Virus record (IMG/VR): IMGVR_UViG_3300025534_000004
Coordinates: 83,744 to 147,743 of that record
From: a virus
Strand: one strand, 5' to 3'
DNA: 64,000 bases
Each line of letters opens with the position of its first letter. The first letter of the stretch is position 1. Below the pieces are notes generated by a model that was not told the origin of the DNA, did not search any database, and saw nothing but the letters and a program-made list of their open reading frames with translations. The translations under genes and the position numbers were made by a program. This document shows, piece after piece, positions 1 through 9,060 of the stretch.

Positions 1-13
1 CCTGACCGTCCCG

Positions 14-1162
14 ATGATCACGGTGTACCAGACTGGCCTCACCGGTCGGCGCGACGACGTGCAGTATCCGGGCTTCGTGGACACCTTGCAGGTGACCGAG
101 CGCGCCATCGATCCAAGTGGCCGGTACACGGGCGAAAAGGGCAACAGCTATTCGGTGCAGCGGCTCATGCCGCGCCCGTTCCTCATGACGGTGCAGGTCG
201 ATCTCTGGACGAGCAATCTCGATCAGAAGCACCAGTTGGCCGAACAGATTCTCACGATCATCTATCCGACCTTCGACATCCAGAACAGCAGCAACGCGCT
301 GGACTGGACGGCGCTCACGACGATTTCGGTCGAGGACATTAGCTGGACCTCGCGCTCCATCCCTGTCGGAACCGAATCCGACATCGACATCATGACGATC
401 ACGCTGAACGTGCCGATCTGGCTGAGCCCGCCCGCCAAGGTGAAGCAGCAGAAGATCATTCAGGCAATCGTGACGAACATCTTCGAGGGTGGGCGCGGGG
501 GCGCGGATGGCCGGATGATGAAGAAGGCGCTGCTGGCGCAGCACGTCACCACGCCGCACAACCATCGTTTGCTGGTGGATGGCGACGTGCTGACCCTTCT
601 GAACGGCCATGGCGGCGAGACCGGCGAGGACGGCGAACCCCTCTCGTGGAAGCGCCTGTTCGAGGAATACGGCCTGTTCGTTCCGGGCCAGAGCCGCATT
701 GCGCTCAATGGCACCGAGGATATCGAGGCCGAGGACCTGATCACCGGCCTGATCACCCTCGATGCCGCTGCGCCGAACAAGCTCCGCTGGCAGATCGACC
801 CCGAGACCCTGCCCGCGAACACGCTGCCCGCCGTGGACGCCATCATCGACCCGGTGCGCACCGCCCCCGGCTCCGGCCTCCCGGCCCCGGTCGAGGGCAT
901 CCGGTACCTGCTCGTGGGGGATGTCGCCCCGAGCCTCGCATGGGGTCAATTCTCCGCCCGCGAGCACGACATCATCGAGTACCGCGAGGGGCAATGGACG
1001 GTGGCGTTCAAATCGGCCGAGGTCGCGGAGCCACAGTTCGTCCTCAACCGGAACAAGGGGCGTCAGTTGCGCTGGAACGGCCGCGAATGGCTGTTGAGCA
1101 TCGACGGCGAGTACGGTCCGGGCTTCTGGAAGCTCATGCTCGCGGCCAATCCTGCCTCCTGA
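14..1162 (+). CDS. T4 gp15-like tail completion/sheath stabilizer (jumbo-phage type), probably 5'-truncated by window edge
   Basis: RLMPRPFLMTVQVDLWTSNLDQKHQLAEQIL and DIDIMTITLNVPIWLSPPAKVK resemble gp15-like proteins of large myophages. Confidence 0.7.
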   Translation: MITVYQTGLTGRRDDVQYPGFVDTLQVTERAIDPSGRYTGEKGNSYSVQRLMPRPFLMTVQVDLWTSNLDQKHQLAEQILTIIYPTFDIQNSSNALDWTALTTISVEDISWTSRSIPVGTESDIDIMTITLNVPIWLSPPAKVKQQKIIQAIVTNIFEGGRGGADGRMMKKALLAQHVTTPHNHRLLVDGDVLTLLNGHGGETGEDGEPLSWKRLFEEYGLFVPGQSRIALNGTEDIEAEDLITGLITLDAAAPNKLRWQIDPETLPANTLPAVDAIIDPVRTAPGSGLPAPVEGIRYLLVGDVAPSLAWGQFSAREHDIIEYREGQWTVAFKSAEVAEPQFVLNRNKGRQLRWNGREWLLSIDGEYGPGFWKLMLAANPAS

Positions 1163-1171
1163 TGGCCGGGC

Positions 1172-1642
1172 TCACCATTTCGTAACCGTCTCCTCGTCCA
1201 CCCACGTATAGTCGGGATGGCGGTCGTTGACTTCGTCGAGATGCTCGCCGAAGCGCATCTTGAAATGCAGGAGGTCGGCCTCGGTTTCGAAATTGAACTG
1301 CCAGTAGCCGTGGTTGACGTGCCGCCGCTCGGGATAGGCGTCGTACTTGTTGGGTTTCGGTAGGTACGAGTAGCTCTTGTCCCGATAGACGAGGATCACG
1401 TCGCCTTCGAGATGGCGTTCGACGAAGCGCCGGATGTCCACCCGCAGCGCGCCGCATTTGTGGCCCTCGCGGAATTCGTCGAAGCGATCCTTGTGCATGT
1501 ACAGTGCGTACGGGTACCCGGACTCGACGGTGAAATGCCAACGTCCGGTGCCCGACCGGCTGTCCCAATACGCATCGGGGAAGTAGAATTTAGGATCGCG
1601 CGGTCCGCTAGGCTGGAATTCATTGAGTTGGATCAATGCCAT
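1172..1642 (-). CDS. hypothetical protein, F-x3-D-x3-F-x-L-x-W/F paralog family
   Basis: ORF with FETEADLLHFKMRF motif. Confidence 0.65.
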   Translation of the reverse strand: MALIQLNEFQPSGPRDPKFYFPDAYWDSRSGTGRWHFTVESGYPYALYMHKDRFDEFREGHKCGALRVDIRRFVERHLEGDVILVYRDKSYSYLPKPNKYDAYPERRHVNHGYWQFNFETEADLLHFKMRFGEHLDEVNDRHPDYTWVDEETVTKW

Positions 1643-1644
1643 CG

Positions 1645-1854
1645 TCACCGTCCCAGCGGTGCGCAATAACGGGAACCGTCGTCCATGCTGCCCAAGACGG
1701 CGCAGCGCGCCACGAAGGGATCGGTGCCGCGTTCGATGAGCCGTGCGACCGCCTCATATCGCGCACGGTCGCGCAGATCGGAGAACCCGCTACAGGTGAT
1801 GATGGTCACCGCGACCAGCGCGGCGATGGCGAGCCAGAATTTCTTGGTATCCAT
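1645..1854 (-). CDS. small membrane/secreted protein
   Basis: N-terminal hydrophobic segment; AGAAGG RBS. Confidence 0.55.
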   Translation of the reverse strand: MDTKKFWLAIAALVAVTIITCSGFSDLRDRARYEAVARLIERGTDPFVARCAVLGSMDDGSRYCAPLGR

Positions 1855-1927
1855 GACGAATGCCTTCTCAAAATGGAGTTTTGAGAACCGACTTATCTCG
1901 GTTTGCGGCAGGCCGTCAAGGGAGGCT

Positions 1928-2004
1928 TGGATGCGGGCGGGGGACTTGCACCCCCATCGTTGGGTTATGAGCCCAAGCTGGCACTACTTCCAGTCTAGCC
2001 CGCA
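1928..2004 (-). tRNA. tRNA-Met(CAU), initiator-like, atypical D and T arms
   Basis: Acceptor UGCGGGC/GCCCGCA, anticodon arm UUGGG-CUCAUAA-CCCAA, T arm GGGGG-UGCAAGU-CCCCC, encoded CCA. Confidence 0.85.
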
Positions 2005-2008
2005 ACCC

Positions 2009-2014
2009 TATTTA
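2009..2014 (-). promoter_or_regulatory. TAAATA late-promoter box before tRNA
   Basis: 4 nt upstream of the tRNA 5' end; same box precedes many genes here. Confidence 0.6.
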
Positions 2015-2074
2015 TCAGCGGGGCTTAATCCCGCGCTCGCACCGAATTAGGAGGCGCTGCGGCGTGAAACCGGC

Positions 2075-2090
2075 TTGGACTTTACCGACC
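2075..2090. repeat. orphan perfect copy of origin iteron
   Basis: TTGGACTTTACCGACC identical to iterons at 49615-50588. Confidence 0.8.
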
Positions 2091-2545
2091 GGGAGGTCCG
2101 GACCGCCCTCGCCTCGGACCGGTTACAGGCTTCCGTGGGTGTGCGGGACTATCTGATGGCGCGGGCCAAGCTCAAGCAGCAGCGACGCGCTGCGTGAGGA
2201 AGAACATGGATGCATAGGCGACCCCGTTGTCGATCCTGTCGTCAGGAAGCAGGCCGACGAGGATTGCCTTTCTTTCCATGCAGGTTTCGATGAGATCGTT
2301 CATACCGGCTCCCATCTTGAATTTGTACTATTTCATCGATCTCGCCACGGGCCGCTACTGGTCCTCGAACGCTCAGGATTTCGTCGCGCCTGCTGATGCA
2401 ACGCCGCTGACGTGGTCCGACCGCGTATACCGTGGTGCGCCCGCTGCTCGACGATCCGGACTTCCGATATACCATGCTGGCCGTCGATGACGCTTCCGGT
2501 CGCGCCGTTCTGCTTCGTCGGCTCAAAGGGCACTATCAGGTTAGA

Positions 2546-4111
2546 TCACGCAGCCACTAGGGCTGGTGTCGTCCCTGATTTCACGGACGCCTCGCGGCGT
2601 TTGGATGACCTCACCACGGCCAGCGACACCCCACCGAAGTAAGGGTTCGTCATTCGTGGGTCGGCGGGGGCACCCCTGCTCCCGGTTCTGCCCGGCCGCA
2701 TGGACCGGACACGTCGCTCCCCGAAGGCGCGCACGACTTCGGCAAGGACAGACGCCTTCGACTGGAACACCGAACCGATAGCCAGCGCACGGCGCTGGCC
2801 GATGTTGGGTGCCGCATTGAGGTCGGCGTGCTTGGTGTGGCCGCACCACAGGCACCGGAAGGTGCCTTGTGATGGGCGATTGCGCTTGTCCACGTAGCCG
2901 CAGGCGTTGCAGGTCTGCGACGAATAGGCCGGGTTGACCTCGGTGGACGTGATGCCGAACCGCTGTTCGATGTCGGCCAATTTCGACTGGATGACGGACC
3001 TGCCGCAGTTCCGCAGGATGGCGTTCAGGCGTCGGGACAGGTCCGGGTTGCGGAAGTCCAGCCGCTCAAGAACCAGTTCCTTCGGGCGCCCCTGCGCCAC
3101 GAGGTGGTTCAGGACGCGGCCGACCTCGGTGCGGAGGAACCCGCGCACGTCCTCGACCAGCGCCCGATACCGCTTGCTGTCGCGGGGCTTCTTCCCGGCC
3201 CGCTGCTGGCTGGCGGCGATCATCGTGAGCAGGGCGTCGTAGCGCCGCAGGCGCCTGAGCCAGCCCTGCCCGAGCAACTGGCCCTCGGAGGTGGCGAATA
3301 GTGTGGAGAGGCCGAAGTCGAGCGCGATGACGCCGTGACCATTGTAGTCAGCACGCGACTTGGCGCACGCCTCGCCCATGTCGGTGACGACGCCGAAGGT
3401 CAGCCGCCCCTCGCGGTTCAGATTGACCTGCACGCCGTTGGTGACACGACCCGGCCGCTCCGCATGGTAGTCGTAGGTCAGCAGCGGGACGGCGATTTTC
3501 CGGCCCGGCTCCATGGTGGACAGGTTGACCCACCAGCCGACCTTGCCGCCCTGCGTGGCCTTGGTCGGGGCCGCGAGGCAGGCGGCCCGGTGGTCGAGGC
3601 GCATGGAGATGCGGGACAGGTCCGGCCTGCGGTGCCGCCCCATGACATGCCGCATGATGGACCGCGCCAGTCGCCGCACGTCGCCGGGGATAATTTCCCC
3701 GGTGTCCTTCATGGCGATGTCCGCCCGGAGGAACCACGCTCCCATGCGGTTCACGACGTGGAGCATGTGCTTGGTGTCGGGCGGCAGGGTGCTCCGGTTC
3801 ACCGCGTCGCGGAATTCGTTGGCGCGGTTGCTGATCCAGCCCTGCAACTGGCCGACGACCTGATACCGGCACATCTGGACCCGGTTCGCCGCGCCGATGA
3901 CGGCGGCGAAGGTCGTCTTGTCCACGTCGTGGTTCTTGTTGAACCGGCCCGTCTCGAAGAACAGCCGCCACTGCTCGCGCCCTAGCAACACCGCGCCCCG
4001 GCGATACGCCGCCAGCAGGTCCAGCACCTTCGCCCGCTTACCCGCCGTCAAGTTCGACGGCAGGAGGTCGGTGCGGTGGACCGGCGGGTGTTCGGGGCGC
4101 TTGCGTGCCAT
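2546..4111 (-). CDS. tnpB: TnpB-family RNA-guided endonuclease
   Basis: RuvC-I VIALDFGL, RuvC-II LVLERL, VNPAYSSQTCNACG..CLWCG zinc finger, RuvC-III HADLNAAPNI. Confidence 0.92.
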   Translation of the reverse strand: MARKRPEHPPVHRTDLLPSNLTAGKRAKVLDLLAAYRRGAVLLGREQWRLFFETGRFNKNHDVDKTTFAAVIGAANRVQMCRYQVVGQLQGWISNRANEFRDAVNRSTLPPDTKHMLHVVNRMGAWFLRADIAMKDTGEIIPGDVRRLARSIMRHVMGRHRRPDLSRISMRLDHRAACLAAPTKATQGGKVGWWVNLSTMEPGRKIAVPLLTYDYHAERPGRVTNGVQVNLNREGRLTFGVVTDMGEACAKSRADYNGHGVIALDFGLSTLFATSEGQLLGQGWLRRLRRYDALLTMIAASQQRAGKKPRDSKRYRALVEDVRGFLRTEVGRVLNHLVAQGRPKELVLERLDFRNPDLSRRLNAILRNCGRSVIQSKLADIEQRFGITSTEVNPAYSSQTCNACGYVDKRNRPSQGTFRCLWCGHTKHADLNAAPNIGQRRALAIGSVFQSKASVLAEVVRAFGERRVRSMRPGRTGSRGAPADPRMTNPYFGGVSLAVVRSSKRREASVKSGTTPALVAA

Positions 4112-5076
4112 CAGGCCGCTTTCGCCGTGACGAAGCCGTAGGACAGCAACCGCCCTTCGCCGTTGCGGACCATCTGCGTCATCCGGTCGAGGCAGGCGTC
4201 ACCCTTGCGGTTCCAGCGGAAGGTGGCCTCGCTGGCATACCTGCCGAGGTGCTTGACGCTGATCTGGTGCCAGACGCCGATGACGGCGCGGCGCATGAAG
4301 CCGTTGAAGGATTCGACCCGGTTGACGTGAACCCGGTGCCCTGTCGCCTCATCGGTGCGGGCATACTCGCGGTCGGAGTGATTGACCGAGAGGTGAGGCT
4401 GGTTCTTGCCGATGTGCTTGTAGGCCGGGAGGCCGTCCGTCATCACCGTGGCCTTCGGGTCCACCACCCCGTCCAGTGCCTCAGAAATCGCGGCCTTGCC
4501 GTGCGTCGGGATGACCTTCGCCACCACATCTCCGCCACGTTCGGCGGCCACGAGAACGAGCGGGCGCTTGGTGCCCCGTCCTTTCGGGTTGGCGGGCGGC
4601 GGCTCGCTGTCGTCGTGGTCACGGGACGGCTTGGCCCGCTTCCGGGGCGGCGCACCCGCATACATCTCGTCAATCTCGACCACCCCGGCGAGAATGGGAT
4701 TGGCTTCGGCCATCATTGCCCGGATGCGGTGCCCGAGGTGCCATGCGGTCGGGTATGAGACGCCCAACATCTCGCCCAACTTGACCGCGCTGATACCCTT
4801 GCTGGATGCCACAATCAGGTAGAACGCCTGCAACCATGTCAGCAGGGGCAAATGCGTCCGGTGCATCGGCGTCCCCGCCGTGACCGAGAAGTGCTTCCGG
4901 CAACCCGAGCAGCACCAGACCCGCTTCGTCCCGATCCACCACGCCTTGCCGACGAGGCCGCAGTGGTAGCACTCAGGGCCGTTCGGCCACCGGGCGTGCT
5001 CGAACCACGCCCGAGCGGCGTCCTCGTCGGGGAACATGGCGTTGAAGGCACGGAGGGACATGGACTGCTGACTCAC
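4111..5076 (-). CDS. IS1595-family (ISXO2-like) DDE transposase
   Basis: Zn ribbon RWPNGPECYHCG..CSGCRKHFSVTAGT, HTH, VEIDEMY, VMTDGLPAY, SVNHS, HVNRVESF. Confidence 0.95.
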   Translation of the reverse strand: MSQQSMSLRAFNAMFPDEDAARAWFEHARWPNGPECYHCGLVGKAWWIGTKRVWCCSGCRKHFSVTAGTPMHRTHLPLLTWLQAFYLIVASSKGISAVKLGEMLGVSYPTAWHLGHRIRAMMAEANPILAGVVEIDEMYAGAPPRKRAKPSRDHDDSEPPPANPKGRGTKRPLVLVAAERGGDVVAKVIPTHGKAAISEALDGVVDPKATVMTDGLPAYKHIGKNQPHLSVNHSDREYARTDEATGHRVHVNRVESFNGFMRRAVIGVWHQISVKHLGRYASEATFRWNRKGDACLDRMTQMVRNGEGRLLSYGFVTAKAA

Positions 5077-5154
5077 GTTGCGACACTACATCTATTCAGC
5101 GTGTTCGTCAACCTGATAGGTCCGGGCTCAAATATCTGATCGGCATTCAGCGAA

Positions 5155-5472
5155 GTGCCCGTCACGCCGGAGATGCTCATCGAGGCTCTCCGCCCGCACG
5201 ACGCGGTGTTGTGGTCCCATCTGGCGCTGGTTGATCATAAGGATGTCGTGGTGTCCGGGCGTCCGGTCAGGGATTTCGATCCCGAGGGCTGTGCCGAGCG
5301 TCTTTCGCGGATCGGAGTCTCGCCCGCGAATTACCGGATCGTCCCGCTCGGCAGTCTCCTGCTCAATGAGGAAGGCGCAGCGATGGTGATGCTCGCCGGA
5401 GGGAAGGCCGTCGGCCTCGACGCCGCCCGCGCTATCGCGGCAGAATGCAGTTTCGTAGAACTTCTTTCTTGA
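5155..5472 (+). CDS. hypothetical protein (possibly 3' part of IS-disrupted gene)
   Basis: Coding-like ORF directly after the IS, without clear RBS. Confidence 0.45.
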   Translation: MPVTPEMLIEALRPHDAVLWSHLALVDHKDVVVSGRPVRDFDPEGCAERLSRIGVSPANYRIVPLGSLLLNEEGAAMVMLAGGKAVGLDAARAIAAECSFVELLS

Positions 5473-5526
5473 CGTTCATCGCTCCTATGGCAGAGTACGG
5501 CCAGAATGCGATTTCAGGAGCCGTCG

Positions 5527-6108
5527 ATGCCGCAGGTCCGGATGTGGAAGTGCCCCAAGACGGGCAAGCTGTTCGAGGACCTCGACGAATACCGTCAGCA
5601 TCTCCGCGAGGTCGCGAGCGAGCGGTTCATGCGCCGGAAGGCCGTTGATTTCGTGCGGGCCGCCACCAGCGAGCTTCGGTGCCAGTCCAGCTTCGAGGAC
5701 ATCGCCGAGTGGATCGTCGCCAACAGCACCATGCTGGCGGTACGGGCTGCCTATCATAATGCCATCGGGTGGCGGCAGGGCGAGCCGAACCTGATCCCGC
5801 CCTTTTTCTTCATCCGGCACGTCGAGTTCAAGGACATGGAGTGGCGTGAGGCCATCCGCCATAACAACCACGCTCCGCTCGGCCAGCCGACAGACCGGGA
5901 TGTGGCCTCATCAGGATGGTATGGACGGTTGATCTTCCGGGCCAAGGGCGACCATTACTGCATTACGAGGGATTTGTTCGCGGAGACCGGCATCAACCTC
6001 TGCAACGGGGTGGGCGGCGACGGGCGCTACCGATACCAAGTGATCCTGTTCGATGAGGATTTCCCGAACCTCTCGGTGATGTCCCGCCTGCGGCAGGAGG
6101 CGGCCTAA
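5527..6108 (+). CDS. hypothetical phage protein
   Basis: CAGGAG RBS; WKCPKTGKLF start. Confidence 0.7.
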   Translation: MPQVRMWKCPKTGKLFEDLDEYRQHLREVASERFMRRKAVDFVRAATSELRCQSSFEDIAEWIVANSTMLAVRAAYHNAIGWRQGEPNLIPPFFFIRHVEFKDMEWREAIRHNNHAPLGQPTDRDVASSGWYGRLIFRAKGDHYCITRDLFAETGINLCNGVGGDGRYRYQVILFDEDFPNLSVMSRLRQEAA

Positions 6109-6164
6109 CCCGGCGGGTGCAGCCCCGGTGCTAAATATCCAAGGTCCATGCCGGGATTGTGCCG

Positions 6165-7019
6165 ATGCTTCTTAACGAGATGTTCCTGTCCGAGGCTCCC
6201 ATCGAGGACTTCACCCTGCTCGGGAATTGGGAGAGGTCCTCCTCTTTCCGCCACGAGCAGGACCGCAAACTCCTGACGAATCCGAAGGCGCAGGCCAAGA
6301 TCATCCACAAGTGGCGCAACACCGAAGTGCCCTTCAACATGTACTTCGTGAACAGCCCCGAAGCCAACCGACATACGGAGATCGGTGAGGTGACGCCGGA
6401 GTGGCTTGCGGAGAACATGCCCAAGACCTTCCCGGAGTTGAAGCTGCGCGACGACGCGGTGAACATCATCTTTACGAACAACAAGGGTGATGAGCGCGCG
6501 CCAATGACGGCTTGGATCATCGCCCATCGCCTTGGACACGCGGTGTCACGCTGGCAGCGGAATGCCCGCTACCGGCAGGTGCCGGAGTTCACGGAAGCCC
6601 GCAGTGCGGTATTTCGCGTTACCTCCGAGATTCTCCGCGATGCCTATGGCTGCCGGGGAGTGCCGGGGAGCGAGGCCGAGCATCTCCGTACGCAGGGTCC
6701 TGCCTACCGTGAAAACGACAGGCTGCTGACCGGTTTCTACGAGGCCATCGGCACATTCCGCTCCGCGCGCGAGCGCAATATCCGCAACGAGTTCGAGTTC
6801 CTGCTGGAGTGCTTGGCTCAGTACATCACGACCGGCAAGGTGCGCTTCAACCCGCTGCCGGACCATTTCCGGTGCGGACGACGCCTCATCGACCTGACGC
6901 AGACCGGACACATTGAGCGGGAGGATTTCGACCGGCTGCTTGCGGGCCTTGCCAATGAACTGAACTACTGGTTCCGCGACCTTCTTCAAGCCTGCGTCGG
7001 CCGCATTTTCGTCATGTGA
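6165..7019 (+). CDS. late-expressed, putative virion-internal protein
   Basis: TAAATA at 6132-6137; N-terminus MLLNEMFLSEAP; WIIAHRLGH motif. Confidence 0.7.
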   Translation: MLLNEMFLSEAPIEDFTLLGNWERSSSFRHEQDRKLLTNPKAQAKIIHKWRNTEVPFNMYFVNSPEANRHTEIGEVTPEWLAENMPKTFPELKLRDDAVNIIFTNNKGDERAPMTAWIIAHRLGHAVSRWQRNARYRQVPEFTEARSAVFRVTSEILRDAYGCRGVPGSEAEHLRTQGPAYRENDRLLTGFYEAIGTFRSARERNIRNEFEFLLECLAQYITTGKVRFNPLPDHFRCGRRLIDLTQTGHIEREDFDRLLAGLANELNYWFRDLLQACVGRIFVM

Positions 7020-7053
7020 TGAGGATGACTCGCCGCAGCGAAGCCGGGGTCGG

Positions 7054-7659
7054 CTAGGGCGCCTCGGGTATGCTCCACCGGTCGTAGGGCGTCTGCCACT
7101 TCGCAATGTACGCGTTGGCATCGGCACGGTCGGTGAAGAACCGGTTGCCTGTCATACCGAGATCGTACCATGAGCCGAGGGAGCAATATTTGCGGTTCGT
7201 GAAAAGACCTCCGCTGCTGCCCTGCCGGAGCGCAAGGCCGTTCTCCGCGTCGCACTCCTTGCTCTGCACCGCCTGCCGGGTGCGCAACCGCACGAACTCA
7301 CCAGACCCGCTCAGCCATTGACCATTGCGACGGCGGCGCACATAACCGACTTCCGTGTAGACATGTTGGAACAGCGTGATCGTGCTCTGCGCCGCGCTGA
7401 CCTGATAGACGACGCGCCACCCTCGTCCGTCTGCTTCAACAAACAGTAAGGTTTCCGGCCAGACGATCAGGGAGGGGTATTCTCTCGATTCCGCGAGCAA
7501 GGTGCGATATAGATCGCCGAGCGCCGGTTGGGTGATCGCAAGCAAACGTTCGACCGCATAGGCATCGCTCCGGCATTCTTGAAGCCGTCTGGATGACATA
7601 AAAACCCTTTCTGCAATGATCCGGATTGTGGCGAATGCCTGCTCGCGGGTCAACCGCAT
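7054..7659 (-). CDS. hypothetical protein
   Basis: 201-aa ORF of lower GC. Confidence 0.55.
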   Translation of the reverse strand: MRLTREQAFATIRIIAERVFMSSRRLQECRSDAYAVERLLAITQPALGDLYRTLLAESREYPSLIVWPETLLFVEADGRGWRVVYQVSAAQSTITLFQHVYTEVGYVRRRRNGQWLSGSGEFVRLRTRQAVQSKECDAENGLALRQGSSGGLFTNRKYCSLGSWYDLGMTGNRFFTDRADANAYIAKWQTPYDRWSIPEAP

Positions 7660-7727
7660 AAATCGGTTCTCAGAACCACATTGCTATTGACGCCACGACG
7701 GCTTGCCGTAGGCTGCGCCCCACCAAA

Positions 7728-8003
7728 ATGAGGTTTGGTATGCGGATTTTTACCGTAGCGGCCCTCATGGTCGCCCTGATCCCCGCTGTCGCGCAGGCCG
7801 AAGCCGGTGCGAACTCCACCGAGGTCATCGACGTACGCAACCGGGTGGTTGCGCGGATCGAGCATCGGGACAACCTGCTGTGGCTGTTCGATGCCAAGGG
7901 GCGCCTGCTCGGCACCGCCTCCGTCCCGCCGAGCCTGCAACCGCTGCAAACCGGCCTGACGCTTCCCCTCGATCTCTCGATCCCGCCCCGCCGCCGGTCC
8001 TGA
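7728..8003 (+). CDS. small secreted protein
   Basis: Signal-peptide-like N-terminus (VAQA-EA). Confidence 0.55.
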   Translation: MRFGMRIFTVAALMVALIPAVAQAEAGANSTEVIDVRNRVVARIEHRDNLLWLFDAKGRLLGTASVPPSLQPLQTGLTLPLDLSIPPRRRS

Positions 8004-8233
8004 GAAACGCCGACTTTGGCGAGCGAGACAGGCGGGCGGACGACCGCCTTGCCTGCTTGGCTCGGGTCCCGGCCTTCCATTGCGGGTCGGCTGGGCATCC
8101 AAAGGGCTCGAACGACGCTCTACCCGCGTCCCCGGACCACCGGAAGGGCTCGCTCCGCCGTGGACCAAACAAATAAGTTTGACGTAACCGCGTTTCGATG
8201 GTACGGTTCTCCCATCAGAACGGGATTGGACGG

Positions 8234-8854
8234 ATGGCCGCCACGATCATCAACCGTACCGCCTCTTGGTATCGTCCCTACCGGCTCGACGGCCGCAAGG
8301 TGCGCGATGTTCTATTCTACCGGAAGGGCGAGGTGGTGATCAGAACCGGTCGCGGTTGGATCGAGCGCCACGGCGACGTTTACGTCTCCGAGAAGGATGT
8401 GACCCAGATCAGGCTCGCGGCGCCGCTGCGCCGCGCCATGAAGGTCAACCTCACTCGGGGCGGCCACTTCTATGTGTCCGCCCGAGGCTTGGCGGGCGAG
8501 AAGGAATGGGACCTGTACCTCGATCTCGACGCGGGTGACTTCGAGATCAGCGAGGAGGAGGTCGTCCCGTTCTACAGCGACAGCCAAGGCACGACTTACT
8601 GCAAGGTCCGCAAGCTGACCGGCACCTTCGAAACGGGCAAGCGCGAGACCATCAGCATCATGGTGCCGGACAGCCTCTTGCGCCAGAACAACCTCTACGG
8701 CCAGAAGATGGCGGAGATCGTCGCGCGCCTCGCGGCGATCCACGGCGGGTCCAACCGCTCGGTCAGCCCCGAGGATTTCGTCAAGAACCCCGAGCTTCTG
8801 CAACTCCTCAACGAGGCCGCCGCGCTCTACGCCGCCTCGAAGGAGGACGCCTGA
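8234..8854 (+). CDS. hypothetical protein
   Basis: Follows TTGACG-N17-TACGGT promoter (8179-8207); strong codon bias. Confidence 0.7.
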   Translation: MAATIINRTASWYRPYRLDGRKVRDVLFYRKGEVVIRTGRGWIERHGDVYVSEKDVTQIRLAAPLRRAMKVNLTRGGHFYVSARGLAGEKEWDLYLDLDAGDFEISEEEVVPFYSDSQGTTYCKVRKLTGTFETGKRETISIMVPDSLLRQNNLYGQKMAEIVARLAAIHGGSNRSVSPEDFVKNPELLQLLNEAAALYAASKEDA

Positions 8855-9060
8855 TCCCGGACGCTGAGCCGGACCGAAGCCACGGCAGGCCATCGAAGCT
8901 TTCACACCAAACGAGGACCGAGCATGGACTGGACGAATTTGTTCCATCTGATCAAGTATAACAGCACCGCGACCGGCCACGGCGTGGCGTTCAGCCTGTG
9001 GATCAGTCCGTTGCTTATCCTGCTGGTCGCGATCCTCCTGTTCTGGGTATGGTCCCGAGT

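Larger units (their letters stand above)
2528..5124 (-). mobile_element. IS1595-family insertion sequence carrying tnpB
   Basis: Ends GGGCACTATCAGGTT / CGGACCTATCAGGTT (rc); direct repeat GGCTCAAA at 2520-2527 and 5125-5132; contains transposase and tnpB. Confidence 0.92.

Noticed and set aside
2206-2527. Intact gene at the IS target site
   Set aside because: Removing the IS and one TSD does not restore a single frame into 5155-5472. The region looks coding but broken, so no product was called.
2546-4111. Cas12/type V CRISPR effector or nested IS605 element
   Set aside because: No adjacent array, Y1 transposase or serine recombinase. The gene is coupled to the IS1595 transposase and enclosed by its IRs and TSD.
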